Under the pieces are notes generated by a model. That model did not search any database, had not been told where the DNA came from, and was given only the letters and a program-made list of their open reading frames with translations. Position numbers and translations under genes: made by a program. Shown here piece after piece: positions 1 through 8,935 of a stretch of 32,000 bases of DNA; position 1 is the first letter of the stretch; every line of letters begins with the position of its first letter. The DNA comes from Desulfotalea psychrophila LSv54 (GTDB lineage Bacteria; Desulfobacterota; Desulfobulbia; Desulfobulbales; Desulfocapsaceae): NCBI RefSeq assembly GCF_000025945.1, contig NC_006138.1, positions 1-32,000 of the forward strand, in the 5' to 3' direction.

Positions 1-64
1 GTCTCTACCTTGGTCTGTGTTTTTAATTTCAGTATAGCCTCATTCTCGCATCTGTTTTTGAGTC

Positions 65-116
65 CTTTACCTAAAAGATCTTTCTCTGTGTTCTCATTTT
101 CCTCTGTGGTTAACTT
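65..116 (-). repeat. Family A dispersed repeat, full-length copy overlapping the methyltransferase 3' end
   Basis: Reverse complement reads GTTAACCACAGAGGAAAATGAGAACACAGAGAAAGATCTTTTAGGTAAAG. Confidence 0.85.
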
Positions 117-774
117 TTTTTAGCTTTTCGCTTCCCTTAATCAGCAAAAAGACATCCCCTCCCACAAGCTGAACCGACGCCTGCAATTTTTTACCAAGCC
201 ACTGAACAGTAGACTCCGAAAAGAAGCAAATATGGGTGGGGTCATTCTTATAGTGCCAATTGGCAAAGAGCTCCTTTGTAAGCACCCGCTTAGTCATCAC
301 AGCCAGCACACCCTCAGGCTTTAAACAGGCCCATAACCGCTCTATCTCCATCCAAGGATCCTGTAGATGTTCAAAGACCTCTGAACTGGTGATAAAATCA
401 TACTGCTCGGCAAAGACCCTTTGATCAGGGGCGTAAATAGGATCATAAATGGCCATTACATGCCCCCTCTCCTCAAAGAGTATGGAGAGAGTCGGCCCCG
501 GCCCGCAACCAAAGTCAAGACCACAGGCACCAGCAGCTATGCGCGCAAGCACAGGTTGCAAGAGACGGGATAAAAACTTTCTGTAACCGGCATCGTCTGG
601 ACTGTTTTGGTGGAGGTCATACTCCCTCTTACTCTCCTGCTGCGAGAGATGAAAGGAGTCTGGGACAAAGACAAGATCGCAGACCGGACAGTGCAGATAC
701 GTCCTGCGCCGGTCACGATGGTAAAAATGGCTTGCGCATTCTTTACAGAGAGGGCACATATCATGGTCTTGCAT
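94..774 (-). CDS. Class I SAM-dependent methyltransferase with N-terminal zinc-ribbon-like cysteines
   Basis: ORF with CPLC...CPVC N-terminus, LDFGCGPGPT motif I, and FEHLQDPW...LKPEGVLAVMT. ATG at 774 is preferred over the TTG at 795. The last codons (KVNHRGK-stop) lie inside a dispersed repeat. Confidence 0.85.
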   Translation of the reverse strand: MQDHDMCPLCKECASHFYHRDRRRTYLHCPVCDLVFVPDSFHLSQQESKREYDLHQNSPDDAGYRKFLSRLLQPVLARIAAGACGLDFGCGPGPTLSILFEERGHVMAIYDPIYAPDQRVFAEQYDFITSSEVFEHLQDPWMEIERLWACLKPEGVLAVMTKRVLTKELFANWHYKNDPTHICFFSESTVQWLGKKLQASVQLVGGDVFLLIKGSEKLKKVNHRGK

Positions 775-809
775 AAAAAACCTCACTAAAAACAAGGGTC
801 AATGAATCT

Positions 810-1634
810 ATGTTACAACATACCTTCTGCCATATATCAGGTCTTGGCGCAAAAACCGAAAAAAAACTCTGGGAAGCTGGCATCCACAACTGGGGGCAAA
901 TCTCCTGTTCCACCGCTGTAAGACTTTCGCCAACCAGCAGAGCTGATCTCGCCCAAACCTTGGAAGAATCGCTTACGGCACTAGAGAACAATCCAAAATA
1001 TTTTACAAAAAAGCTGGCCAGCACGGAAAGTTGGCGAATATTCAACCAGTTCAGAGATCAGTCGGCCTATATTGATATCGAGACCACGGGCCTCAGTGAT
1101 GATGCAGAGATCACCACCATCGCCGTCTATGATGGCAAGAAGATCATGCACTATATCCAGGGACACAACCTTGACGACTTCGTCCGGGATATACGGAGAT
1201 ATAAGGTACTGATCAGCTACAGCGGTACCGGATTTGACCTACCCGTTATCGAAAGATACTTTAAAATCAAACTCGACCATGCCCATATCGACCTGCGCTA
1301 CGTCCTGGCAAGTCTTGGTATCAGAGGCGGTCTGAAGGGATGCGAAAAGCAGATCGGCATTGACCGCGGCGACCTCGATGGCATTAATGGCTGCTTTGCC
1401 ATCACTCTCTGGCGAGCATACCAGCTACAAGGAGATCAGGCTGCCCTGCAAACTCTGGTCGCCTACAATATTGAGGACAGCGTCAACCTTGAACGACTTA
1501 TGGTGGAGGCCTATAACCGCAAGCTACTGGCAACCCCCTTTGCCGCTGAGATGAGCCTACCTAGCCCCAAACTACCTGTCCTACCATTTCAGGCGGACCG
1601 GGATTGCATCAGACGATTAGGCGGCGGGCAGTAG
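810..1634 (+). CDS. Ribonuclease H-like / YprB-like 3'-5' exonuclease domain protein
   Basis: AYIDIETTGLSDDAEITTIAVYDG exonuclease motif I, plus YSGTGFDLPVIERYF and YNIEDSVNLERL motifs. Confidence 0.85.
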   Translation: MLQHTFCHISGLGAKTEKKLWEAGIHNWGQISCSTAVRLSPTSRADLAQTLEESLTALENNPKYFTKKLASTESWRIFNQFRDQSAYIDIETTGLSDDAEITTIAVYDGKKIMHYIQGHNLDDFVRDIRRYKVLISYSGTGFDLPVIERYFKIKLDHAHIDLRYVLASLGIRGGLKGCEKQIGIDRGDLDGINGCFAITLWRAYQLQGDQAALQTLVAYNIEDSVNLERLMVEAYNRKLLATPFAAEMSLPSPKLPVLPFQADRDCIRRLGGGQ

Positions 1635-1640
1635 TCCAAA

Positions 1641-2564
1641 TCAAAGATCTAACTGCATCCCCTCCCGAGCAAATTCTACCTGCATGGAGAGACTCTGGCA
1701 ATATTTCTCACTAAAAAGATCCAGTTGCGCATCTGTTCGATCCGGATCATGATGAAACAAGACCAACCTCTTCACCCCGGCACGTTCAGCGGCCTGTATC
1801 ACATGCTCTATCGGACTATGTCCCCAGTCCCGACGCATGGTCTCATACTCCTGCTGGGTATACTGAGCATCATGAATGAGCACATCTGCCCCGGCAAAAA
1901 AAGATTCTATGGCCCTGTTCTGCTCTGCGGCAACAAGCTCTCCCTCGTAGGCAAGCATTTCGTCATATTCAGGATCATCGCGATCTGTAACAAAGAGATT
2001 ACGAAATGGTTCTGTATCATAACAGGTACAAAAGACCTTACCGCCATACTCAAAACGATAGCCGAGGGTACTGACAGGATGATTAAGGTATTTAGTGGTA
2101 AGTTGAAGTCCACGCCCCATATCAAGCCGAGAGATCTCTTGCAGGGAGCGATAATTAATATGGGAAGAGAGCTCCCCCACATTTACGGGAAAATAACGAT
2201 ACTTCATCTGCCCCCCCACCACATCTTCCAGGGAGTTTTCCTCATAGGATACGGGGCCATAGACATTCATTCTTGTTGTTGGCAAATATATGGGGGCAAA
2301 GAAAGGAAAGCCCATTATATGATCCCAATGGGTATGGGAAAGAAAGAGGTCTAGAGAGAGACTACCCCGGGGTACATCCGCATTCATCAAGGCGTTGCCC
2401 AGGGCCCGAATCCCGGAACCTGCATCTATCACCACCAACCTGTTTTCCAGACCAACGCGCAACTCTATACAGGCACCATTACCACCATATTTCTGGGTGG
2501 TCCTACCCGGACAGGGAATCGAGCCACGCACTCCCCATAACTTTACTGTAAATGTTTCCGCCAT
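1641..2564 (-). CDS. MBL-fold metallo-hydrolase
   Basis: VRGSIPCPG...YGGNGACIEL...VIDAGSGIR...LSHTHWDHIMGFPFF and a C-terminal LVLFHHDPDRTD. Confidence 0.9.
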   Translation of the reverse strand: MAETFTVKLWGVRGSIPCPGRTTQKYGGNGACIELRVGLENRLVVIDAGSGIRALGNALMNADVPRGSLSLDLFLSHTHWDHIMGFPFFAPIYLPTTRMNVYGPVSYEENSLEDVVGGQMKYRYFPVNVGELSSHINYRSLQEISRLDMGRGLQLTTKYLNHPVSTLGYRFEYGGKVFCTCYDTEPFRNLFVTDRDDPEYDEMLAYEGELVAAEQNRAIESFFAGADVLIHDAQYTQQEYETMRRDWGHSPIEHVIQAAERAGVKRLVLFHHDPDRTDAQLDLFSEKYCQSLSMQVEFAREGMQLDL

Positions 2565-2604
2565 CCCTCACCAAGTCCCCAATAAGCCAATCCCAAGCAA
2601 GAGG

Positions 2605-3453
2605 CTATACCTGTAAAAAGATCTTGGCCCGCTCTATTTCAACCAAGACATTCTCTCCCATCTGGACCAACTGATCCCAATCAAAACCAAGCCGAACCAG
2701 AAGTTCATCTCGCCTCTGAAGATCGGGATAGGCATTACCGGCGGAGCCATATCCCATACAGTTGATATACAGATCGGCAAGACTTACCAGAGCTATCCGC
2801 TCATCACAACCCCGATGATCGAAATCATGATGGTGCGAAATACAGTCCGTTAAAAAGGAGTTAAATTTCCATTTCTGAGCAATCATCTCTCCAACATATT
2901 GATGAGTTATACCAAAAACCTCCTGTTCCACCTCGATCAGTGGAATCTGCTTCTCCTCAATAAGTTCCAGCACCTGCAAATAATCATCGGCGAAGGGGAT
3001 TTTGCCCAAATCATGAAGCAAACCTGCGAAAAAGAGTTCCTCTCTCTGCATAAGATCAAGGTCTTGCAAACCACCAAACATCTTGGCGGCAACGGCAACG
3101 CCCAGACTATGAACCCAAAATTGCTCCATGGAAAGGGCACTTTTTTTTCGCGCATGACCAACAAGGGCAATGGCAGCAGTACTCAGGGCCATATTCTTGA
3201 CAGTATTCATCCCCAACATGGTAATCGCCCGGGGCAGAGAGGTCACCTGGTTTACCAGAGAGTAATAGGCAGAATTAATCAACTTCAAGACCTGACCGGT
3301 GAGAACAGGGTCAAGAGAAATAACCTTACAAAGCTCATTGGGGGAGGCATTCGTCTTGCTACAGACCTGAAGTACCTTACCAACCGTTGTCGACATAGAA
3401 GGCATATGGTCAATAAATTTCGTGATTTTCAACTGTTGTTTGCTTTTTTCCAT
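2605..3453 (-). CDS. HDOD domain protein
   Basis: MPSMSTTVGKVLQV...SLDPVLTGQVLKLINSAYY, LLHDLGKIPF and ISHHHDFDHRG motifs. Confidence 0.9.
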   Translation of the reverse strand: MEKSKQQLKITKFIDHMPSMSTTVGKVLQVCSKTNASPNELCKVISLDPVLTGQVLKLINSAYYSLVNQVTSLPRAITMLGMNTVKNMALSTAAIALVGHARKKSALSMEQFWVHSLGVAVAAKMFGGLQDLDLMQREELFFAGLLHDLGKIPFADDYLQVLELIEEKQIPLIEVEQEVFGITHQYVGEMIAQKWKFNSFLTDCISHHHDFDHRGCDERIALVSLADLYINCMGYGSAGNAYPDLQRRDELLVRLGFDWDQLVQMGENVLVEIERAKIFLQV

Positions 3454-3523
3454 CTCTATAAAACCGTATTCAAGTGTAGTAGCACATCAGAGATGCGCTT
3501 ATTCGAGCTAAGGCCTTAGCCAA

Positions 3524-4294
3524 TTAAAGATCGTTTCTCTTATGGAACTCCACTGCCTCGGCATAGGAGATCAGGCTCCCGCCAAATATATCAAGAGCGC
3601 TACCAATAGTGGCATCAATTCGGCCCCTGCCAAGCTCGGCAATGGCCTGCAAATCCTCCACGCCACGGATACCACCAGCATAGGTTGTGGCAATGGGGCT
3701 CCAATCTGCTAACTTCAGGACCAAATCACGCTCAATTCCTTCACACTTACCCTCCACATCGGCCGCATGCAGAAGAAATTCATCACAACAAGAGGCAAGT
3801 CGTTCCAGCACCTCTGGTACAACCTGCACCTCGGTAAACTTCTGCCATCTATCGGTGACAATAAAATAGTCATCACCTCGCCGCCGACAACTCAGATCAA
3901 GCACCAGACGTTTCTTACCCACTCGACGGACAAGATCCGCCAAGCGTCCTTCATCTATCTGACCATTAGAAAATACCCAGGAGGTAACAATCACATGCGA
4001 TGCGCCCAGATCGAGCCAATCACAGGCATTATCATAGTTAATGCCTCCGCCAATTTGCATACCTCCGGGCCAGGCGGCAAGGGCAGATTTTGCGGCGTCA
4101 TCATTGCCCGGACCTAGCTTGATAATATGACCACCCCTCAAATCATCCTGCCGATAGAGGTTGGCAAACCAGCTGGCAGGCTTATCTGCCGTATAATTTG
4201 TTTGAAGTTGGGACGGTTCTACATCGGATAGGGTCGAGCCAACAATCTGTTTCACTTGACCATTATGTAGGTCTATGCATGGTCGAAATTTCAC
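3524..4294 (-). CDS. hisA: Phosphoribosylformimino-5-aminoimidazole carboxamide ribotide isomerase, eukaryotic (HIS6) type
   Basis: FRPCIDLHNGQVKQIVGSTL, GGHIIKLGPGN, MQIGGGINYDNA and TYAGGIRGVEDL. These match the eukaryotic-type HisA family rather than the usual bacterial one. Confidence 0.9.
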   Translation of the reverse strand: MKFRPCIDLHNGQVKQIVGSTLSDVEPSQLQTNYTADKPASWFANLYRQDDLRGGHIIKLGPGNDDAAKSALAAWPGGMQIGGGINYDNACDWLDLGASHVIVTSWVFSNGQIDEGRLADLVRRVGKKRLVLDLSCRRRGDDYFIVTDRWQKFTEVQVVPEVLERLASCCDEFLLHAADVEGKCEGIERDLVLKLADWSPIATTYAGGIRGVEDLQAIAELGRGRIDATIGSALDIFGGSLISYAEAVEFHKRNDL

Positions 4295-4412
4295 AAAAAA
4301 GATCCTCTTTGATCAACAGATAAATTAACATTTAATAAATTGCGTAAGATACAAGATCCGTCCCATAGTAACAAGAAAAAAGACAGATACGAAGGGCAAG
4401 GACAAGAAAGCA

Positions 4413-4800
4413 GTTAACCACAGAGAAGGAGAGAACACAGAGAAGAACATTTTAGATAAAGAGCAAAAAACCTGAAGCTGTCAGAAAGGATAGAACCAAA
4501 AAGATAAAGCAGTGGCAGTGGCTTTTTACCAAAAAACCTCTGTGCTCTCTATGATCTCTGTGGTTAACTTTTTTTTACAGTTTTTTGTCGCGACACAAAA
4601 AAGGGACAGAACCCATCAGGTCCCGTCCCGCATCATAACGCAAAAAAACAACCCATCTCCACACTCACCGCCTAGCGGTCAAGCATAGCGGAATGGCGAA
4701 CCTTTAGCTGTAAAGCGCTAGCCATTTCAGATTTATGCTTTACTACTTTTTAATTAATTTGCTCTGTGTACTCTGTGGTCTCTGTGGTTAACTTTTTTCG
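4413..4800. repeat. Intergenic repeat patch: family A (+) at 4413, (-) at 4560 and (-) at 4784, plus a family B remnant near 4680
   Basis: GTTAACCACAGAGAAGGAGAGAACACAGAG at 4413. GTGGTTAAC at 4560-4568 and 4784-4792. CATAGCGGAATGGCGA at 4684-4699. Confidence 0.85.
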
Positions 4801-4853
4801 TTTTTAACTAACAGCTGACAGCTGTAGTTATCTTAAAGCTGACAGCTCAATTC

Positions 4854-5543
4854 TTATCCCTGCTGCAGAAGCATAGTGGCAGGATTAACGGTCAGAACAG
4901 CACCAGGCTGGACGGCACATGGTCCACATTTAAGAACCTTCAACTTAATTTCTTTTTCTTCTGGATCAATAAGGAACACTGTTTCAAAGAGGTCTTCAAC
5001 TTCATGACATGGGGCAGGAATACCTTGGGCACTTAAACGTTCATCATCTCGATGACAGAGGGCGCTAAACCACATCATCTTAATACCTGTCTCTTCAGCA
5101 AAGGCACGTAGGGACTCTAATAGCGCACGGTCGGATTCAATAAAATCAAAGCCATCAATCACCAGACAATCCGCTTGGAACTTACCCTGCTGTCGTAAAT
5201 CGTCGATACGTTTGGCCAGAACGGCCTGGGAGAATTCACCTTCCTGGAAGGTCATGATCATACGCCTTGCCATTAAATTCCTGACATTCTGCGCATCTAA
5301 CTTGAGGAGTGTAACAATGTCATTATACCAGGCCCTCGTCTTTTCAAGACCTGTACCGATCGAAACATGAAGAACATTATTGCCGTTCATCATAAAATCA
5401 AGTGCAAACTGGACAAGAACTGCGGTTTTACCAATCCCAGCCCGGGACATAACCAAACCCATAGACTGAAAGCCATCACCCTTCTTGCTGTCCAAACCGA
5501 TTACCCTAAGTGGGTTTATTACATTCTCTTCTGAACTTTCCAT
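4854..5543 (-). CDS. RecA/KaiC-like P-loop ATPase of unknown role
   Basis: Walker A GLVMSRAGIGKTAVLVQ and Walker B-like DCLVIDGFDF. ATG at 5543 is preceded by a purine-rich GAGGGG ribosome-binding site; the ORF extends to 5579. Confidence 0.8.
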   Translation of the reverse strand: MESSEENVINPLRVIGLDSKKGDGFQSMGLVMSRAGIGKTAVLVQFALDFMMNGNNVLHVSIGTGLEKTRAWYNDIVTLLKLDAQNVRNLMARRMIMTFQEGEFSQAVLAKRIDDLRQQGKFQADCLVIDGFDFIESDRALLESLRAFAEETGIKMMWFSALCHRDDERLSAQGIPAPCHEVEDLFETVFLIDPEEKEIKLKVLKCGPCAVQPGAVLTVNPATMLLQQG

Positions 5544-5661
5544 GGCAGCCCCCTCTTTTCTGTTTGTCTTTAACAACATACAATGCAGGCAGTTATCCTA
5601 TCAGGTCTAACAAAAAAACCATGATAGGATAACTTCAGAGTAGCCGGTTACTGCAATTTTA

Positions 5662-7749
5662 TCAACCGTTCTTACGCTCTTCCTCGTGGGCTTTGATCAA
5701 ATTATCACCAACGGTCTTTGGAACAGGCTTGAAGTTTGCGAACTCCATGGTGAACTCTGCTTTACCCTGAGTAAGGGAACGAAGAGTGGTAGAATAACCG
5801 AACATTTCAGAAAGAGGCACCTCTGCTTCAATCACAGAATATGTACCTTCTTCGTTAGAACCAATGATCATACCACGACGCTGGTTGATGGATCCCATAA
5901 CAGCACCTTGGAATTCAGAAGGACCTTCAACGCTTACCTTCATGATTGGTTCCATGATAACAGGCTTAGCCTTCATGTAACCATCTTTAAACGCACCAAC
6001 AGATGCAATTTGGAAGGCAACATCGGAGGAATCAACTGCATGAAAAGAACCGTCATTGATAACACAACGAACGCCGGTAATTCCTGCACCACAGAGATGA
6101 CCTTTCACCAGAGACTTTTGGAAACCTTTGTCACAGGAGCTGATAAATTCACGAGGAATTGCTCCACCAACAATCTTATCAACAAATTCGTAATCGCCCT
6201 CATCGAGAGGCTCCATATAACCTGCAACACGACCGAACTGACCAGTACCACCAGTCTGCTTCTTGTGGGTGTAGTTGAACTCAGCACGCTGAGTAATGGT
6301 CTCACGATAAGAAACCTGAGGCTTACCTACTTCAACTTCAGCAGCATACTCACGCTTCATACGCTCAACGTATACTTCCAAGTGAAGCTCACCCATACCG
6401 CTGATGATGGTCTCATTGGTCTCGTGGTCAACGAAGGTACGAAAGGTAGGATCTTCCTTGGTGAAACGGTTGAGAGCCTTGGACATGTTAATTTGAGCTT
6501 TGTTATCTATGGGCTTAATAGAAAGGGAAATTACAGGCTCAGGCACATGCATAGAGGTCATGGAACAGTTTACTGCATCATTGGTGAAGGTATCACCGGA
6601 AGCACAGTCAACACCGAAGAGGGCAACGATATCGCCAGAGCCCACGCCATCAATCTCTTCCATCTCATCGGAGTGCATACGACAGAGACGACCGATTTTC
6701 ACCTTACGACCGGTACGACGATTGTATACGGTATCGCCCTTGGTCAACTGCCCCTGATAGGTACGTACATAGGTCAACTGACCATAACGACCATCTTCAA
6801 GTTTGAAGGCAAGCATGATAAGAGGATCTTCATCATTGTTGGTTACCGCAAACTCAGTTTCCTCGTTATCAAGGTCAAGACCAATATTCTCAACATCGGT
6901 AGGACATGGGAGATAGGTCTCAACGGCATCAAGAAGCGCCTGAACGCCCTTATTCTTATAGGCAGAGCCCATGAATACAGGGGTGAATTCAAGAGCGATA
7001 GTTCCCTGACGAACAGCCTTATAGATAAGATCGATATCAACATTCTCGCTATCCTCAAGAAGTGCTTCCATCAGCTCTTCTGAGAACATGGAGATCTCTT
7101 CAAGAAGAGTTTCACGCTTCTCTGTTGCCTCATCGAGCATCTCAGCAGGAATATCTGTGATACGAATCTCATCGCCATTCTCGCCTTCATAATAAACGGC
7201 TTTCATGGTCACAAGATCAACCATACCAACAAGATCACCTTCAAGACCAATTGGCATCTGCATCATATGTGCATTCAGTTGCAATTTTTCCTGAAGCTGT
7301 CCGGTTACCTTGGCTGGATTGGCGCCGGTACGATCACACTTATTGATAAAAGCAATACGTGGAACATTGTAACGAGTCATCTGACGGTTAACGGTAATAG
7401 ACTGAGACTGAACTCCACCAACGGAGCAAAGTACCAGTACCGCGCCATCAAGTACACGAAGTGCACGCTCTACCTCTACGGTAAAGTCAACATGGCCAGG
7501 AGTATCGATAATATTAATATCAGTACCCTTCCAGTTACAGAAAGTTGCGGCAGACTGAATGGTAATTCCGCGCTCTTTTTCAAGCTCCATGGAATCCATC
7601 TTGGCACCAACTCCATCCTTACCACGTACTTCGTGGATTGCATGAATTCGGTCTGTATAAAAAAGAATACGCTCAGTCAGAGTCGTCTTCCCAGAGTCAA
7701 TATGGGCACTGATACCAATATTACGAACTTTTGATAAATCTTTACTCAT
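5662..7749 (-). CDS. fusA: Translation elongation factor G, mitochondrial-like / spdEFG1-like
   Basis: Full-length 695 aa. [65 protein letters not shown], and domain IV/V motifs. Confidence 0.97.
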   Translation of the reverse strand: MSKDLSKVRNIGISAHIDSGKTTLTERILFYTDRIHAIHEVRGKDGVGAKMDSMELEKERGITIQSAATFCNWKGTDINIIDTPGHVDFTVEVERALRVLDGAVLVLCSVGGVQSQSITVNRQMTRYNVPRIAFINKCDRTGANPAKVTGQLQEKLQLNAHMMQMPIGLEGDLVGMVDLVTMKAVYYEGENGDEIRITDIPAEMLDEATEKRETLLEEISMFSEELMEALLEDSENVDIDLIYKAVRQGTIALEFTPVFMGSAYKNKGVQALLDAVETYLPCPTDVENIGLDLDNEETEFAVTNNDEDPLIMLAFKLEDGRYGQLTYVRTYQGQLTKGDTVYNRRTGRKVKIGRLCRMHSDEMEEIDGVGSGDIVALFGVDCASGDTFTNDAVNCSMTSMHVPEPVISLSIKPIDNKAQINMSKALNRFTKEDPTFRTFVDHETNETIISGMGELHLEVYVERMKREYAAEVEVGKPQVSYRETITQRAEFNYTHKKQTGGTGQFGRVAGYMEPLDEGDYEFVDKIVGGAIPREFISSCDKGFQKSLVKGHLCGAGITGVRCVINDGSFHAVDSSDVAFQIASVGAFKDGYMKAKPVIMEPIMKVSVEGPSEFQGAVMGSINQRRGMIIGSNEEGTYSVIEAEVPLSEMFGYSTTLRSLTQGKAEFTMEFANFKPVPKTVGDNLIKAHEEERKNG

Positions 7750-8055
7750 GGCTTGCTGTCCTCTAGCAACCGGCCCGGCCGGCTCTTCTCTAGGCTTTGA
7801 GAAAATAAAAAATGAGATACCACTGATTTGTAGTTCTCATCACCCCTTCCAGCACAACGCTAGAAGCTCACTTATAGTGGCAATATTAACATAAAACCAC
7901 CGCTTTTACCTTATAATGAACCGCATAGAATACACCGCAATTCCTTTCTGCGCTATAAAAAAAGAAATATATTTTTGCTTTTTTACTCCGCAAAGATGCG
8001 CCCGTCCGCCATTTTTTCTCCAAATGAAAAGAGAAGGAAGGCAAAGAAAAGAACA

Positions 8056-8100
8056 GTTAACCACAGAGGAAGGAGAGTACACAGAGAAAAACAGCTCTAA
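8056..8100 (+). repeat. Family A dispersed repeat, plus orientation
   Basis: GTTAACCACAGAGGAAGGAGAGTACACAGAGAAAAACAGC. Confidence 0.85.
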
Positions 8101-8208
8101 GTAAACTGCTTTGTGAACACAAAGAGGACTTTTTAGGTGAAAAACAAATGCAAAAAAGAACAGCCACAAAAACACCCCCACCCCTATGTGGCAGTAACAG
8201 TTTACAAA

Positions 8209-8850
8209 AAATCTCTGTGATCTCGGTTCCAGTGGTTAACTGCTTTTTAGCTTTTTAATTAATTCCCTCTGTGTACTCTGTGATCCTGCGTTTAGTGCTT
8301 ATAGCTGGTTTCTCTGCTATTTTTTCGCTTTTTCTAGCATCCGCCACTCCGCGGTGCTCCACTGCTCATATCTAGCATCTTTTTTCTGTCTCTGTGATCT
8401 CGGCTCCAGTGGTTAACTGCTTTTTAGCTTTTTAGCTCTTTAGCTTCTTAATTAATTCCCTCTGTGTACTCTGCGATCCTGCGTTTAGTGCTTATAGCTG
8501 GGTTCTCTGATATTTTTTTCGGTGTTTCTAGCATCCGCCGCTCCGCGGTGCTCCACTGCTCATATCTAGCATCTTTTTTCTGTCTCTGTGATCTCGGCTC
8601 CAGTGGTTAACTGCTTTTTAGCTTTTTAGCTTTTTAATTAATTCCCTCTGTGTACTCTGTGATCCTGCGTTTAGTGCTTATAGCTGGTTTCTCTGCTATT
8701 TTTTTCGCTTTTTCTAGCATCCGCCACTCCGCGGTGCTCCACTGCTCATATCTAGCATCTTTTTTCTGTCTCTGTGCTCTTCAGCCAGTGGTTAACTGCT
8801 TTTTAGCTTTTTAATTAATTCCCTCTGTGTACTCTGTGATCCTGTGGTTA
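8209..8850 (-). repeat. Tandem composite array: one partial plus three full ~177-193 bp units, each containing a family A and a family B copy
   Basis: The junction word CCTGCGTTTAGTGCTTATAGCTGG recurs with its central G at 8290, 8483 and 8669, and a diverged equivalent at 8846 (periods 193, 186, 177). GTGGTTAAC at 8232, 8409, 8603 and 8788. Confidence 0.9.
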
Positions 8851-8935
8851 GAGCTACCCTCTAACTGCTAGTCTTTCCTGATGGTCCATGCTAAACTGCC
8901 CCCATCAGAATAACTCCCCCCTAAAAGGACAATCC

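Noticed and set aside
5686-7083. 465-aa plus-strand ORF opposite fusA, and a 155-aa ORF at 7267..7734
   Set aside because: Shadow ORFs antisense to a highly conserved, codon-biased gene. The translations resemble no protein family I recognise.
8209-8850. Possible CRISPR array
   Set aside because: Units are contiguous ~177-193 bp near-identical blocks without unique spacers, and there are no cas genes.
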